NCBI GenBank assembly: GCA_964551215.1
Contig: CAZKBV010000005.1
Coordinates: forward strand, 1 to 41,142
Source: an uncultured Oscillospiraceae bacterium
GTDB taxonomy: Bacteria > Bacillota > Clostridia > UMGS1883
Direction: 5' to 3'
Length of the DNA: 41,142 bases
The notes beneath the pieces were generated by a model. That model had not been told where the DNA came from. It did not search any database and worked only from the letters and a program-made list of their open reading frames with translations. Positions 33,162 through 41,142 of this stretch are shown here, piece by piece (position 1 is the stretch's first letter; each line of letters opens with the position of its first letter). Position numbers and translations under genes: made by a program.

Positions 33162-35003
33162 TTAAATTTTCCTGCACCTGACAACGGCTATTGCCACGGC
33201 GATAAGGGCTACGCCAACATCCGCGAAAACCGCAAGCCACATATTGGCGATGCCTAAGGCTCCGGAGACGAGTACGGCAAATTTAATCAAAAGCGCGAAG
33301 GCTATGTTGAAAACAGCGGTGTTATAAACCTTTTTCGCTATTCTGACGGCGAGGGCCACCTTCGAGGGGGAATCGTCCATAATCACGGCGTCGGCGGCTT
33401 CCATTGCCGCTTCGCGCCCCATGCCGCCCATAGCTATGCCAATATCCGCTCCGCTGAGAGCCGGACTGTCGTTGATGCCGTCGCCCACAAAGGCGGTAAC
33501 TCCTTCGAGGGATTTTACAATATCCAGCTTTTGTGTCGGAAGCACCTGAGAGTAAACCTTGTCAACACCGAGAATTTCAGCCGTCGATCTTGCGGCGGAA
33601 TCGCTGTCGCCGGTTATCATGACACATTCCACGTTCATTTTCTTAAGGGCGTCCACTGCGGCGGGGGCGTCGGCGCGGAGGGCGTCGGAAAGGTATATTG
33701 AACCCAAAGCTTTTCCGTCCGCGAGAATATGCACCGCCGTTCCCGGCAAGGAGCTTTCAATTCCCGTAAGGGCAGTGTTTCCGGCGGTTATCTTTTTACC
33801 GTCCACAACGGCGCTTACGCCGCCGGTCAGCTCGCAAAAATCCTTTACCTCGGCTTCGGCTCCGCCCAAGGCGGCAATTGCCGCTCCGATTGGATGCTCG
33901 GAATTTTTCTCGGCTCCGGCGGCGGCATTGATAAGCTCCTTTTCGGAGACTCCTTCGGCGGGTACAATGCTTGTTACCTCAAGCTCGCCCTTTGTCAGCG
34001 TCCCCGTTTTGTCAAAGGCGGCGGTGTTAAGCTTTGCGAGCTGCTCCAAATAGACGGAGCCTTTGAAAAGAATTCCGTTGCGGGAGGCAAGGCCTATTCC
34101 GGCAAAGTATGTGAGAGGTACGCTGAGAACCAAGGCGCATGGGCAGGACGCCACAAGGAATATAAGCCCGCGATGTACCCAACCGCTGAGATTTCCCAAA
34201 AAAATCGGCGGAACAAAGGCGAGAATCAAAGCGCATATCACCACAGCCGGAGTGTACACCGCCGCAAAACGGGAGATAAATTCCTCGCTGCGGCTTTTGT
34301 TTTCTCTCGCTTCCGTTACGGCGCGGAATATGCGCTCGGTGGAGGAATCCTCCAGAGCGTGAGTCACCTTCAAAGTAATTTCCGATTTGAGATTTATGGT
34401 GCCGGAAAGGATTTCGTTTCCGGCGCGGTAGTCCCGAGGAACGCTTTCACCGGTAATTGCCGAGGTGTCAATAACAGCCTTGTCGGAGAGCAGCTCTCCG
34501 TCAAGGGGAATACGTTCTCCCGGCAGGACGGCAATAACATCGCCGATTTTTACCTCGGAAGGAGATGCGGAGGTTTTTTGTCCGTCCTTTAAAATCCACG
34601 CATGGTCAGGCCGCAGACGGATAAGCGCGTTGATGGAATCGCTGCTTTTGTCCACAGCCTTATCCTGTATGTATTCGCCCAAGCCGTAAAAAATCATAAC
34701 GGCAACGGCCTCGGAATAGCTTTTTATGGCAAAGGCGCCGACGGTGGCCAAAGTCATAAGGAACATTTCGTTAAACACCCTGCCTTTAAACAGCCCTTTT
34801 ACCGCGCTTATAACAACGTCGATTCCCGCAATCACGTAAGCGATAAAGTAAAGCGGAATATATTCGGAAAGCACCGCGACAATGAGGACAGCTCCGGCGA
34901 CGCACAGACGAAGAGGGAGAAGCCTCTCCATCAGACCGTCCTCGTGTTCATGCTCATGGCAGCGACCGGATTCACAGCCTTGACAGCATCCGCAGTTATT
35001 CAT
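33162..35003 (-). CDS. cadA: Heavy-metal (Zn/Cd/Pb) translocating P1B-type ATPase
   Basis: TGES, SCPCALVLS, DKTGT, SEHP, GDGIND, K and ADVG in the last helices, Cys/His-rich N-terminus. Start ATG 35003 with GGAGGGG RBS. Confidence 0.92.
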   Translation of the reverse strand: MNNCGCCQGCESGRCHEHEHEDGLMERLLPLRLCVAGAVLIVAVLSEYIPLYFIAYVIAGIDVVISAVKGLFKGRVFNEMFLMTLATVGAFAIKSYSEAVAVMIFYGLGEYIQDKAVDKSSDSINALIRLRPDHAWILKDGQKTSASPSEVKIGDVIAVLPGERIPLDGELLSDKAVIDTSAITGESVPRDYRAGNEILSGTINLKSEITLKVTHALEDSSTERIFRAVTEARENKSRSEEFISRFAAVYTPAVVICALILAFVPPIFLGNLSGWVHRGLIFLVASCPCALVLSVPLTYFAGIGLASRNGILFKGSVYLEQLAKLNTAAFDKTGTLTKGELEVTSIVPAEGVSEKELINAAAGAEKNSEHPIGAAIAALGGAEAEVKDFCELTGGVSAVVDGKKITAGNTALTGIESSLPGTAVHILADGKALGSIYLSDALRADAPAAVDALKKMNVECVMITGDSDSAARSTAEILGVDKVYSQVLPTQKLDIVKSLEGVTAFVGDGINDSPALSGADIGIAMGGMGREAAMEAADAVIMDDSPSKVALAVRIAKKVYNTAVFNIAFALLIKFAVLVSGALGIANMWLAVFADVGVALIAVAIAVVRCRKI

Positions 35004-35376
35004 AAATACCCCTCCGTTCATTTATGTGGTTCATGCCGATTTTTATTATGTCACCGATGTGGTCATCATCAAGGGTATAGTAGGTTTCCTTGCCGGACTT
35101 CGAGGTCTTTACAAGCCTGTGCTGTCTAAGAAGCCTTAGCTGATGGCTCACGCCGGACTGGCTTACGCCGACAACGGCGGAGATTTCGCTTACGCAAAGC
35201 TCGTTTCCGCTGAGAGCTTCGAGGATTTTGATTCTGGTGCTGTCGCCGAAGAGCTTAAAAAATTCGCTTAACTCGAACAGCATTTCATCGTCGGGCAGCA
35301 GCTTTTTTGCCCGCGCAACCTTGTCGGATCGCGCCGTCTCGCTGACGGATTCGTTTGTTTTGCCGGATTCGTTCAT
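34996..35376 (-). CDS. ArsR/SmtB-family metal-sensing repressor
   Basis: FK.FGDSTRIKIL, ELCV, SQSGVSHQLR, alpha5 site DxH-x10-H-x2-E (DDHIGDIIKIGMNHINE). Confidence 0.92.
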   Translation of the reverse strand: MNESGKTNESVSETARSDKVARAKKLLPDDEMLFELSEFFKLFGDSTRIKILEALSGNELCVSEISAVVGVSQSGVSHQLRLLRQHRLVKTSKSGKETYYTLDDDHIGDIIKIGMNHINERRGIYE

Positions 35377-35397
35377 TTCATACGCTCCCTTCTTTTA

Positions 35398-35479
35398 AAT
35401 CGAGGCAACGCTCCGCTTTGCTTGCAAGGAGCGGAGCTTGCGATAGATTGCGGCCTGCGCGGGGGACATCCGCGCGTAG
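35398..35479. repeat. Structured dispersed repeat (longest copy in the window)
   Basis: Left part matches 41089-41142, right 23 nt identical to 10765-10787. Confidence 0.8.
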
Positions 35480-35496
35480 ATTATATTTTTACAACG

Positions 35497-35556
35497 TATA
35501 ATCACATGAGCATTTGCTCATATGATTATATTAGCATATAAATATACTCTTGTCAA
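35497..35556 (-). promoter_or_regulatory. SmtB/CzrA-type operator and sigmaA promoter of the repressor-cadA operon
   Basis: 16-2-16 inverted repeat TATAATCACATGAGCA-TT-TGCTCATATGATTATA (35497-35530, 15/16 match) overlapping TTGACA (35556-35551), 17 bp, TGcTAATAT (35536-35528). Confidence 0.85.
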
Positions 35557-35650
35557 TAGGTATAAGAAAAAACTTAGAAAAAAACTTAAAAAATATTTTT
35601 GCGCCACGCAAATCAGCCTTGGGATATGGGCCTCTGCCTTTTGTAGAAGG

Positions 35651-35705
35651 AAAAAACAAGGCCGCAAAAACGGCGCGGAAGGTTCCGCGTCGTCTTTGCG
35701 GCCTT
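35651..35705 (-). terminator. Intrinsic terminator of hydE
   Basis: AAGGCCGCAAA...GCGGAA-GG-TTCCGC...TTTGCGGCCTT stem, with an A run at 35651-35656 (U tract on minus). Confidence 0.75.
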
Positions 35706-35719
35706 AATTAAATTACTCC

Positions 35720-36733
35720 TTAACAAATTTCCTTAACGTCGCCCCGCGCCACTACGATTTTATATCCGGCGCTTTCCACCCTTCTTTCAAGGCACCCCCG
35801 ACATTCGGCGGCTTCCTCTCCCGTGCATATCTTGTTGTCGTAAAGACTGTACAGCCTGCGTACCTTTACGGGGGAAAGGTTTGGCATGACAACATTTGCT
35901 CCGGCCTGAAGCCCCAGCTCGCGCCCCCTGGGATGGATAGTTCCAAGGGCTGTGGTGGAGGGAATAAGGGCATAGGGGAACATGAGCCTAAGCAGAGACA
36001 CCATTCTTAATGTCAGTTCAAGGCTCCCGCCGGGGAAATTTCCGAAGGGCGTATCCTTGTGGGGAATAAAGGGGCCGATTCCTATCATTGCCGGATGAAG
36101 CTCCTGCAAAAACCTTAAATCGCTGACAAGATTTTCCGCCGTCTGGTAAGGAGAGCCTACCATAAAGCCGCTTCCCACCTGATAGCCCAGCTTTTTCAAA
36201 TCAAAAAGACAGTTTTTTCGGTGGGCAAGGCTCATGTTCTCGGGGTGCAGACGGCTGTAATGACCTTCGTCGGCGGTTTCGTGCCGGAGAAGATAGCGGT
36301 CGGCTCCGGCTTTTTTGTACGCGGCGCAGCTTTCGTACTCCTTTTCGCCCAAGGAAAGAGTTACCGCGCACTCCGGATAGCGGCTTTTTATTTCCGAAAC
36401 AATATCGCATATAATTTCGTCGGTAAAGTACGGATCCTCGCCGCCCTGCATTACAAAGGTGCGAAAGCCCAAGGCGTAGCCCTGCCGGCAGCAGCTTAAA
36501 ATATCCTCGCGGCTCAGTCGGTAACGCTGTACGTTACAATTGCTTCTTCGTATGCCGCAGTATAGACAGTCGTTTTTACATATATTGCTTATTTCAATAA
36601 GCCCCCGTATGTATACGTCTGTGCCGTACACCCGTCGGCGTACTTTGTCGGCTTGGGCGGCAAGCTCTCGATCGTATTTATCCGTGCCTATTATTTCGGC
36701 AAGCTCCTTGTCGGAAAGGCTTTGTACGTCCAT
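35720..36733 (-). CDS. hydE: [FeFe]-hydrogenase H-cluster radical SAM maturase HydE
   Basis: RGLIEISNICKNDCLYCGIR, QGGED, RYLLRHET, GIGPFIPH, GANVVMPN, YSLYDNK. Start uncertain (36733 has a GGAG RBS, ORF open to 36790). Confidence 0.9.
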   Translation of the reverse strand: MDVQSLSDKELAEIIGTDKYDRELAAQADKVRRRVYGTDVYIRGLIEISNICKNDCLYCGIRRSNCNVQRYRLSREDILSCCRQGYALGFRTFVMQGGEDPYFTDEIICDIVSEIKSRYPECAVTLSLGEKEYESCAAYKKAGADRYLLRHETADEGHYSRLHPENMSLAHRKNCLFDLKKLGYQVGSGFMVGSPYQTAENLVSDLRFLQELHPAMIGIGPFIPHKDTPFGNFPGGSLELTLRMVSLLRLMFPYALIPSTTALGTIHPRGRELGLQAGANVVMPNLSPVKVRRLYSLYDNKICTGEEAAECRGCLERRVESAGYKIVVARGDVKEIC

Positions 36734-36856
36734 TTTAGTCATCTCCGTTAAAAACTTAATTATCGCGGTTAGGATGTAAGCGGTCCCCAATAAGAAGGGG
36801 AAACGTTCGGGTTACTCACATATTATTATATCACATTAACGCCTTAAATTCAATAC

Positions 36857-38893
36857 CTATGACAAAATTCCCGCCAGCAAATTAAAGGCCGAGCATAATA
36901 TAATTCCCACCGCCGTAGGCAGAACCACGCTCCATAAGGTCCATTTTACGCTTCTGCTTTCCTTGTATAAGGTTATAACCGTAGTGGAGCAGGGAAAATG
37001 ACACAGGGTAAATATCATAAAGCACACCGCCGTGACCCACGTCCAGCCGTTGGCCGTAAGCACGGCTTTCAATGAGGCGAGGCTTTCGTACTCCGTCAGC
37101 GTTCCTCCGTAGGTGTAGCCCATGAGAACAAGGGGGATTACAATTTCATTTGCCGGAAAACCCAAAATAAAGCCCAAAAGTATAACTCCGTCCAGCCCCA
37201 TTATCCGCGCCGGAGGGTCCAAAAGGGCTGAAATCCGCCCTAAGAGAGGCTCCCCTCCCGAACTGATGTTTGCCAGCAGCCATATTACCAGCCCCGCCGG
37301 AGCCGCCACCGCCGCCGCCCGTCCCAGCACGTGTACGGTTCTGTCCAGCACAGAGCGGACGATGACCTTCCCTATCCGGGGACGGCGGTAGGGGGGAAGC
37401 TCCAACGCAAAGGAGGAGATCAGCCCCTTAAGGAGAGTTTTGTTAAGCAGGGCGCATACGCCGAAGGTTACGGCTACGCCAAAAACTATGGCTCCCGTCA
37501 TCAGCAGCGCCTTCAGCCACCCTTTGTCGGCAAAGAACACGGATATTACCGCAATCAGGGCGGGAAGCCGTCCGTTGCAGGGGACGAAGCAGTTTGTCAG
37601 CATTGCCATTATTTTTTCTCTGGGTGAATCGATTATTCTGCATCCCGTAACGCCAACGGCGTTGCAGCCGAAGCCCATGCAGGTGGTTAGGGCCTGTTTG
37701 CCGCAGGCTCCGCATTTGCGGAAGGCGCAGTCCAGATTAAAGGCGATGCGGGGGAGATAGCCGAAATCCTCCAGAAGCGTAAACAAGGGGAAAAATATTG
37801 CCATGGGCGGCAGCATTACGGCAATTACCCATCCGAGAACACGAAGCATCCCCCTAACAAGCATATCGTTTAAAAATGTCGGCGCACCCATTGCGCCAAG
37901 CAGGGAATAGGCGGCGTTTTCGAGACGCGAAAACAGCGCGCCGAGAGCCGAGGAGGGGTAGTTGGCTCCCGTGGCGGTAAGGTACATTATGCCGAGAAGC
38001 ATAGCCAGCATTACGGGTACGGCGAAAATTTTTCCGGTGAATATTGAGTCCAGCCGTCTGTCAAAATCAAACCGGCCTTTATTTTTGATTACCTCCGACT
38101 TAACGGCGTCGGCTTTGTCTATTACGCCTTTAACCAAGCCGCCGCGGAAGCTTTCGGCTGTAATGGAATTTTTTCGCAGGAAGTCGCGGGCGTTTTTCAG
38201 GGAAAGAGCTACGTCGTCGAAGGCGGTGATGTTATAGCCCAAGTATTCCGTAAGGCTTTCAATAAGGCCGCCGTCCCCTTCCAAAAGACGTATGGCAATC
38301 CATCGGGGATTGAGTTCTCGGCACGGCTTTTCGCTTATGGCGTCACGGACAAGGCTGATGGCAAATTCCATTTCCGCTCCGTAGTCTATGGATATGGGCG
38401 GAGAGTCCGCCAAGGTTAGGGCGGCGGCTTTAAGCTCCCGAATCCCTTTCCCGCTTCGTGCGGCCATAGGTATGACTTTTATGCCCAATGCGGCGGAAAG
38501 GGCGGCGCAGTCAACCGATATTTTCTTTTTTGCCGCCTCGTCCATAAGGTTTACGCACAAAATCACTCTTCCGGTTATTTCCAGAGTCTGCAAGGCAAGG
38601 ATAAGATTCCTTTCCAGACAGGTCGCGTCGCACACAAGGATTATGCCGTCGCTGCCGCCGAAGCATATATAGTCGCGAGCCGTTTTTTCGTCTGCGGACT
38701 CCGCGAGAAGACTGTATGTACCGGGAAGGTCAACGAGACGTATCCGTTCATCGCCGCTTATGAAGCTCCCTTCGGCCAAATCCACGGTTTTTCCGGCCCA
38801 GTTGCCGGTGTGCTGTCTGGCGCCTGTCAGGGCGTTGAATACGGTGGATTTTCCAACATTGGGATTACCCGCCAGCGCAAGAGTTATACTCAT
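36857..38893 (-). CDS. feoB: Ferrous iron transporter FeoB
   Basis: GNPNVGKS, GNWAGKT, DLPGTYS, NLMD, GFGCN, VPCNGR, ELPPYR. Start ATG 38893 with GGAGGAG RBS. Confidence 0.92.
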   Translation of the reverse strand: MSITLALAGNPNVGKSTVFNALTGARQHTGNWAGKTVDLAEGSFISGDERIRLVDLPGTYSLLAESADEKTARDYICFGGSDGIILVCDATCLERNLILALQTLEITGRVILCVNLMDEAAKKKISVDCAALSAALGIKVIPMAARSGKGIRELKAAALTLADSPPISIDYGAEMEFAISLVRDAISEKPCRELNPRWIAIRLLEGDGGLIESLTEYLGYNITAFDDVALSLKNARDFLRKNSITAESFRGGLVKGVIDKADAVKSEVIKNKGRFDFDRRLDSIFTGKIFAVPVMLAMLLGIMYLTATGANYPSSALGALFSRLENAAYSLLGAMGAPTFLNDMLVRGMLRVLGWVIAVMLPPMAIFFPLFTLLEDFGYLPRIAFNLDCAFRKCGACGKQALTTCMGFGCNAVGVTGCRIIDSPREKIMAMLTNCFVPCNGRLPALIAVISVFFADKGWLKALLMTGAIVFGVAVTFGVCALLNKTLLKGLISSFALELPPYRRPRIGKVIVRSVLDRTVHVLGRAAAVAAPAGLVIWLLANISSGGEPLLGRISALLDPPARIMGLDGVILLGFILGFPANEIVIPLVLMGYTYGGTLTEYESLASLKAVLTANGWTWVTAVCFMIFTLCHFPCSTTVITLYKESRSVKWTLWSVVLPTAVGIILCSAFNLLAGILS

Positions 38894-39016
38894 TTTTATC
38901 ACTCCTCCGCTTCATAATATGCCATTGCGGGGCAAAGGTTAAGCGGATTACGATTAATTCGCGCCTACAGCCGTATAACGCGGCGCAAAAGAAAACCGCC
39001 GACGGGAAAATAAAAG

Positions 39017-39045
39017 TTGACAAACGGGGATTAATGTGGTAAAAT
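39017..39045 (+). promoter_or_regulatory. sigmaA promoter of tyrS
   Basis: TTGACA 39017-39022, 17 bp, TGgTAAAAT 39037-39045. Confidence 0.75.
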
Positions 39046-39093
39046 ACTACTTACGCGGCATACTGCAAAATACTTAAGAAAGGATTGTTTAAA

Positions 39094-40332
39094 ATGGAAA
39101 ACGTAAATGAAAACGTTTTTGACGTTCTTAAGGAACGTGGACTCATTGCGCAGACAACTCACGAAGAAGAAATACGTGAGCTTCTGGGAAAGGAGAAGGT
39201 ATCATTTTATATAGGCTTCGACCCCACTGCGGACAGTCTCCATGTTGGCCACTTTTTGCAGATGGTTGTAATGCGTCATATGCAGAATTACGGTCACCGC
39301 CCCATCGCTCTTGTAGGCGGCGGCACAGGGCATATCGGCGACCCTTCGGGCAGAACCGATATGCGTAAAATGATGACCACCGAGGTTATAAACCACAATT
39401 GCGAGTGTTTTAAAAAGCAGCTTGGCAAGGTTGTGGATTTCAGCGACGGCAAGGCCATAATGGTAAACAACGCCGACTGGCTTCTAAGCCTGAATTACGT
39501 TGAATTTATCCGCGACATCGGCTCATGCTTCTCCGTCAATCAGATGCTTACGGCGGAATGTTTCAAGCAGCGTCTGGAAAAGGGACTGAGCTTTCTTGAA
39601 TTTAATTATATGCTTATGCAAAGCTACGACTTCCTTATGCTTGCCCGAAAGTACGACTGCAAAATGGAACTGGGCGGCGACGACCAGTGGAGCAATATTT
39701 TGGGCGGCATAGACCTGAACCGCCGCAAGGACAGGCGGCAGGTTTACGGCATGACGTTTACCCTTCTGACGAACAGCGAGGGCAAAAAGATGGGTAAAAC
39801 CGCCGACGGAGCCGTCTGGCTGGATCCGGAGAAAACCTCTCCCTACGATTTTTACCAGTACTGGAGAAATGTGGACGACGCGGACGTATGCAAGTGCATG
39901 AAGCTGCTCACTTTTGTGCCTATGGACGAAATAAGAGAATACGAAAAGCTGGAGGGCAGCGCCCTTAACGCGGTAAAGGAGAAGCTTGCCTACGAGGTCA
40001 CCGCTTTGGTACACGGCAAGGAAGAAGCCGAAAAGGCTATGTCCGCCGCGAAGGCTGTTTTCGGCGGCGGGGGAGACGACGCAAATATGCCCGCGGCTGA
40101 AATTTCCGCAGGCGAGCTGGGCGAGGGAATGAACGTCCTCGACCTTCTTACGGCTGTGAAGTTTATCCCTTCCAAAGGCGAGGGACGTCGGCTTATTCAG
40201 CAGGGCGGCCTTACGGTTGCCGGAGAAAAGGTGACGGATATATCCTCCGTTGTCGTTCCCGCCGATTTCAAGGGCGGAAGTCTTACGGTGAAAAAAGGTA
40301 AAAAATCGTTCATTAAAATTATTTTAAAGTAA
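39094..40332 (+). CDS. tyrS: Tyrosine--tRNA ligase
   Basis: [35 protein letters not shown]-terminal S4 ([13 protein letters not shown]...KKGKK). Confidence 0.97.
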   Translation: MENVNENVFDVLKERGLIAQTTHEEEIRELLGKEKVSFYIGFDPTADSLHVGHFLQMVVMRHMQNYGHRPIALVGGGTGHIGDPSGRTDMRKMMTTEVINHNCECFKKQLGKVVDFSDGKAIMVNNADWLLSLNYVEFIRDIGSCFSVNQMLTAECFKQRLEKGLSFLEFNYMLMQSYDFLMLARKYDCKMELGGDDQWSNILGGIDLNRRKDRRQVYGMTFTLLTNSEGKKMGKTADGAVWLDPEKTSPYDFYQYWRNVDDADVCKCMKLLTFVPMDEIREYEKLEGSALNAVKEKLAYEVTALVHGKEEAEKAMSAAKAVFGGGGDDANMPAAEISAGELGEGMNVLDLLTAVKFIPSKGEGRRLIQQGGLTVAGEKVTDISSVVVPADFKGGSLTVKKGKKSFIKIILK

Positions 40333-40347
40333 GATCAGGGTGATTTT

Positions 40348-40920
40348 ATGAGTATGGCGGTTATTTTTCTCACTGCGGTATCTCTCGCCATGGACGCTTT
40401 CGCCGTGTCTATAACAAACGGCGTAATCGTTTCGGATTTCAAAAAGCGCCACGCCGTAAAAATGGGAGTCTATTTCGGAGTATTCCAGTTTGTTATGCCG
40501 ATTATAGGCTACGCTTTGGGCAGCGGCTTCAAGCGTTATATTGAAGCCTTTGACCATTGGATAGCCTTCGGACTTCTTATACTTATCGGCGGAAACATGA
40601 TAAGAGAAGGTATTTTCGCAGAGAAAGAACAAAGCGGCAAAAAATCCGCCGCCGAAGCTCTGAATTTTAAAGTGCTCTCAGTGCAGGCCGTCGCCACCAG
40701 CATAGACGCCTTGGCGGTTGGAGTCAGCTTTTCCCTTATGTCGGACATAAATATGTGGCTCGTATGCGGCATAATCGGCGCGGTTGCCTTTTTGTTCAGC
40801 TTTTTCGGAGCCTTAATGGGCAGGAAAATCGGCGGTTTTTTCAAAAACAAGGCGGAGATTGTCGGCGGAATTATCCTTTGCCTTATAGGTGTTAAAATAC
40901 TCCTTGAACATATTTTGTAA
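40348..40920 (+). CDS. mntP: Manganese efflux pump MntP family
   Basis: SLAMDAFAVS, FG.FQFVMP, DHWIAF, ATSIDALAVG, AEIVGG.IL..IG.KIL.EH. Confidence 0.92.
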   Translation: MSMAVIFLTAVSLAMDAFAVSITNGVIVSDFKKRHAVKMGVYFGVFQFVMPIIGYALGSGFKRYIEAFDHWIAFGLLILIGGNMIREGIFAEKEQSGKKSAAEALNFKVLSVQAVATSIDALAVGVSFSLMSDINMWLVCGIIGAVAFLFSFFGALMGRKIGGFFKNKAEIVGGIILCLIGVKILLEHIL

Positions 40921-40983
40921 AGCAATTTCTTCTCTTACGGCGCGCCGTACGCTTTTTCGCAAGGCTTTTTAAAATTAAATAAC

Positions 40984-41088
40984 GGACAGTTCGTGACCAT
41001 CCTGTCCTTAAACAAAACTACGGGATTCACCTCCGGGGCAGAAGCCTCCGAGGCAAAAATGAGCAGGTCACAAGCCTGCTCTTTTTTT
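40984..41088 (+). ncRNA. preQ1-I-like riboswitch with transcription terminator
   Basis: GGACAG-UUCGUGACCAUC-CUGUCC stem-loop plus A-rich tail AAACAAAACUA. Downstream terminator GAGCAGG...CCTGCTC-T7. Loop GTGACC is complementary to GGTCAC in the terminator. Confidence 0.75.
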
Positions 41089-41142
41089 AATCGGAGCAAC
41101 GCTCCATCAAGTTTGCTTGAAACGGAGCTTGCGATAGATTGC
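41089..41142. repeat. Structured dispersed repeat, truncated by the window end
   Basis: GCAACGCTCC-N17-CGGAGCTTGCGATAGATTGC, as at 35405-35451. Confidence 0.8.

Noticed and set aside
40936-40949. Perfect palindrome TACGGCGCGCCGTA after mntP
   Set aside because: Short. It could be a weak terminator or chance, and nothing else supports a function.

Overview
Chromosomal core/accessory window of an anaerobic Bacillota (Clostridia-like: sigmaA TTGACA-17-TATAAT promoters, AGGAGG RBSs, [FeFe]-hydrogenases; taxonomy is inference). In order: clpX; a YneA-like LysM gene with three LexA boxes; two tiny convergent Cys-rich genes (one absent from the ORF track); a long housekeeping run (TagA-family glycosyltransferase, tmk, DUF2156, DJ-1, 5-FTHF cyclo-ligase, O-methyltransferase, U32 protein, VanW/G5, luxS, mtnN); NCS2 purine permease plus PRTase; a secreted hypothetical protein; a 2345-aa secreted modular GH16 enzyme; a 10-gene hydrogenase locus (DRTGG, RsbT-like kinase, Group D-type sensory [FeFe]-hydrogenase, DRTGG, PHP, then HydC, HATPase, HydD, HydB, HydA); nrdG-nrdD (no ATP cone); a candidate stand-alone sRNA; cadA with an SmtB-type repressor and operator; hydE; feoB; tyrS (no T-box); mntP; and a preQ1-I-like riboswitch at the right edge. 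Dispersed structured repeats occur in several intergenic regions. No transposase, integrase, CRISPR array, rRNA or tRNA seen. All product calls come from motif recognition by eye, not database searches.
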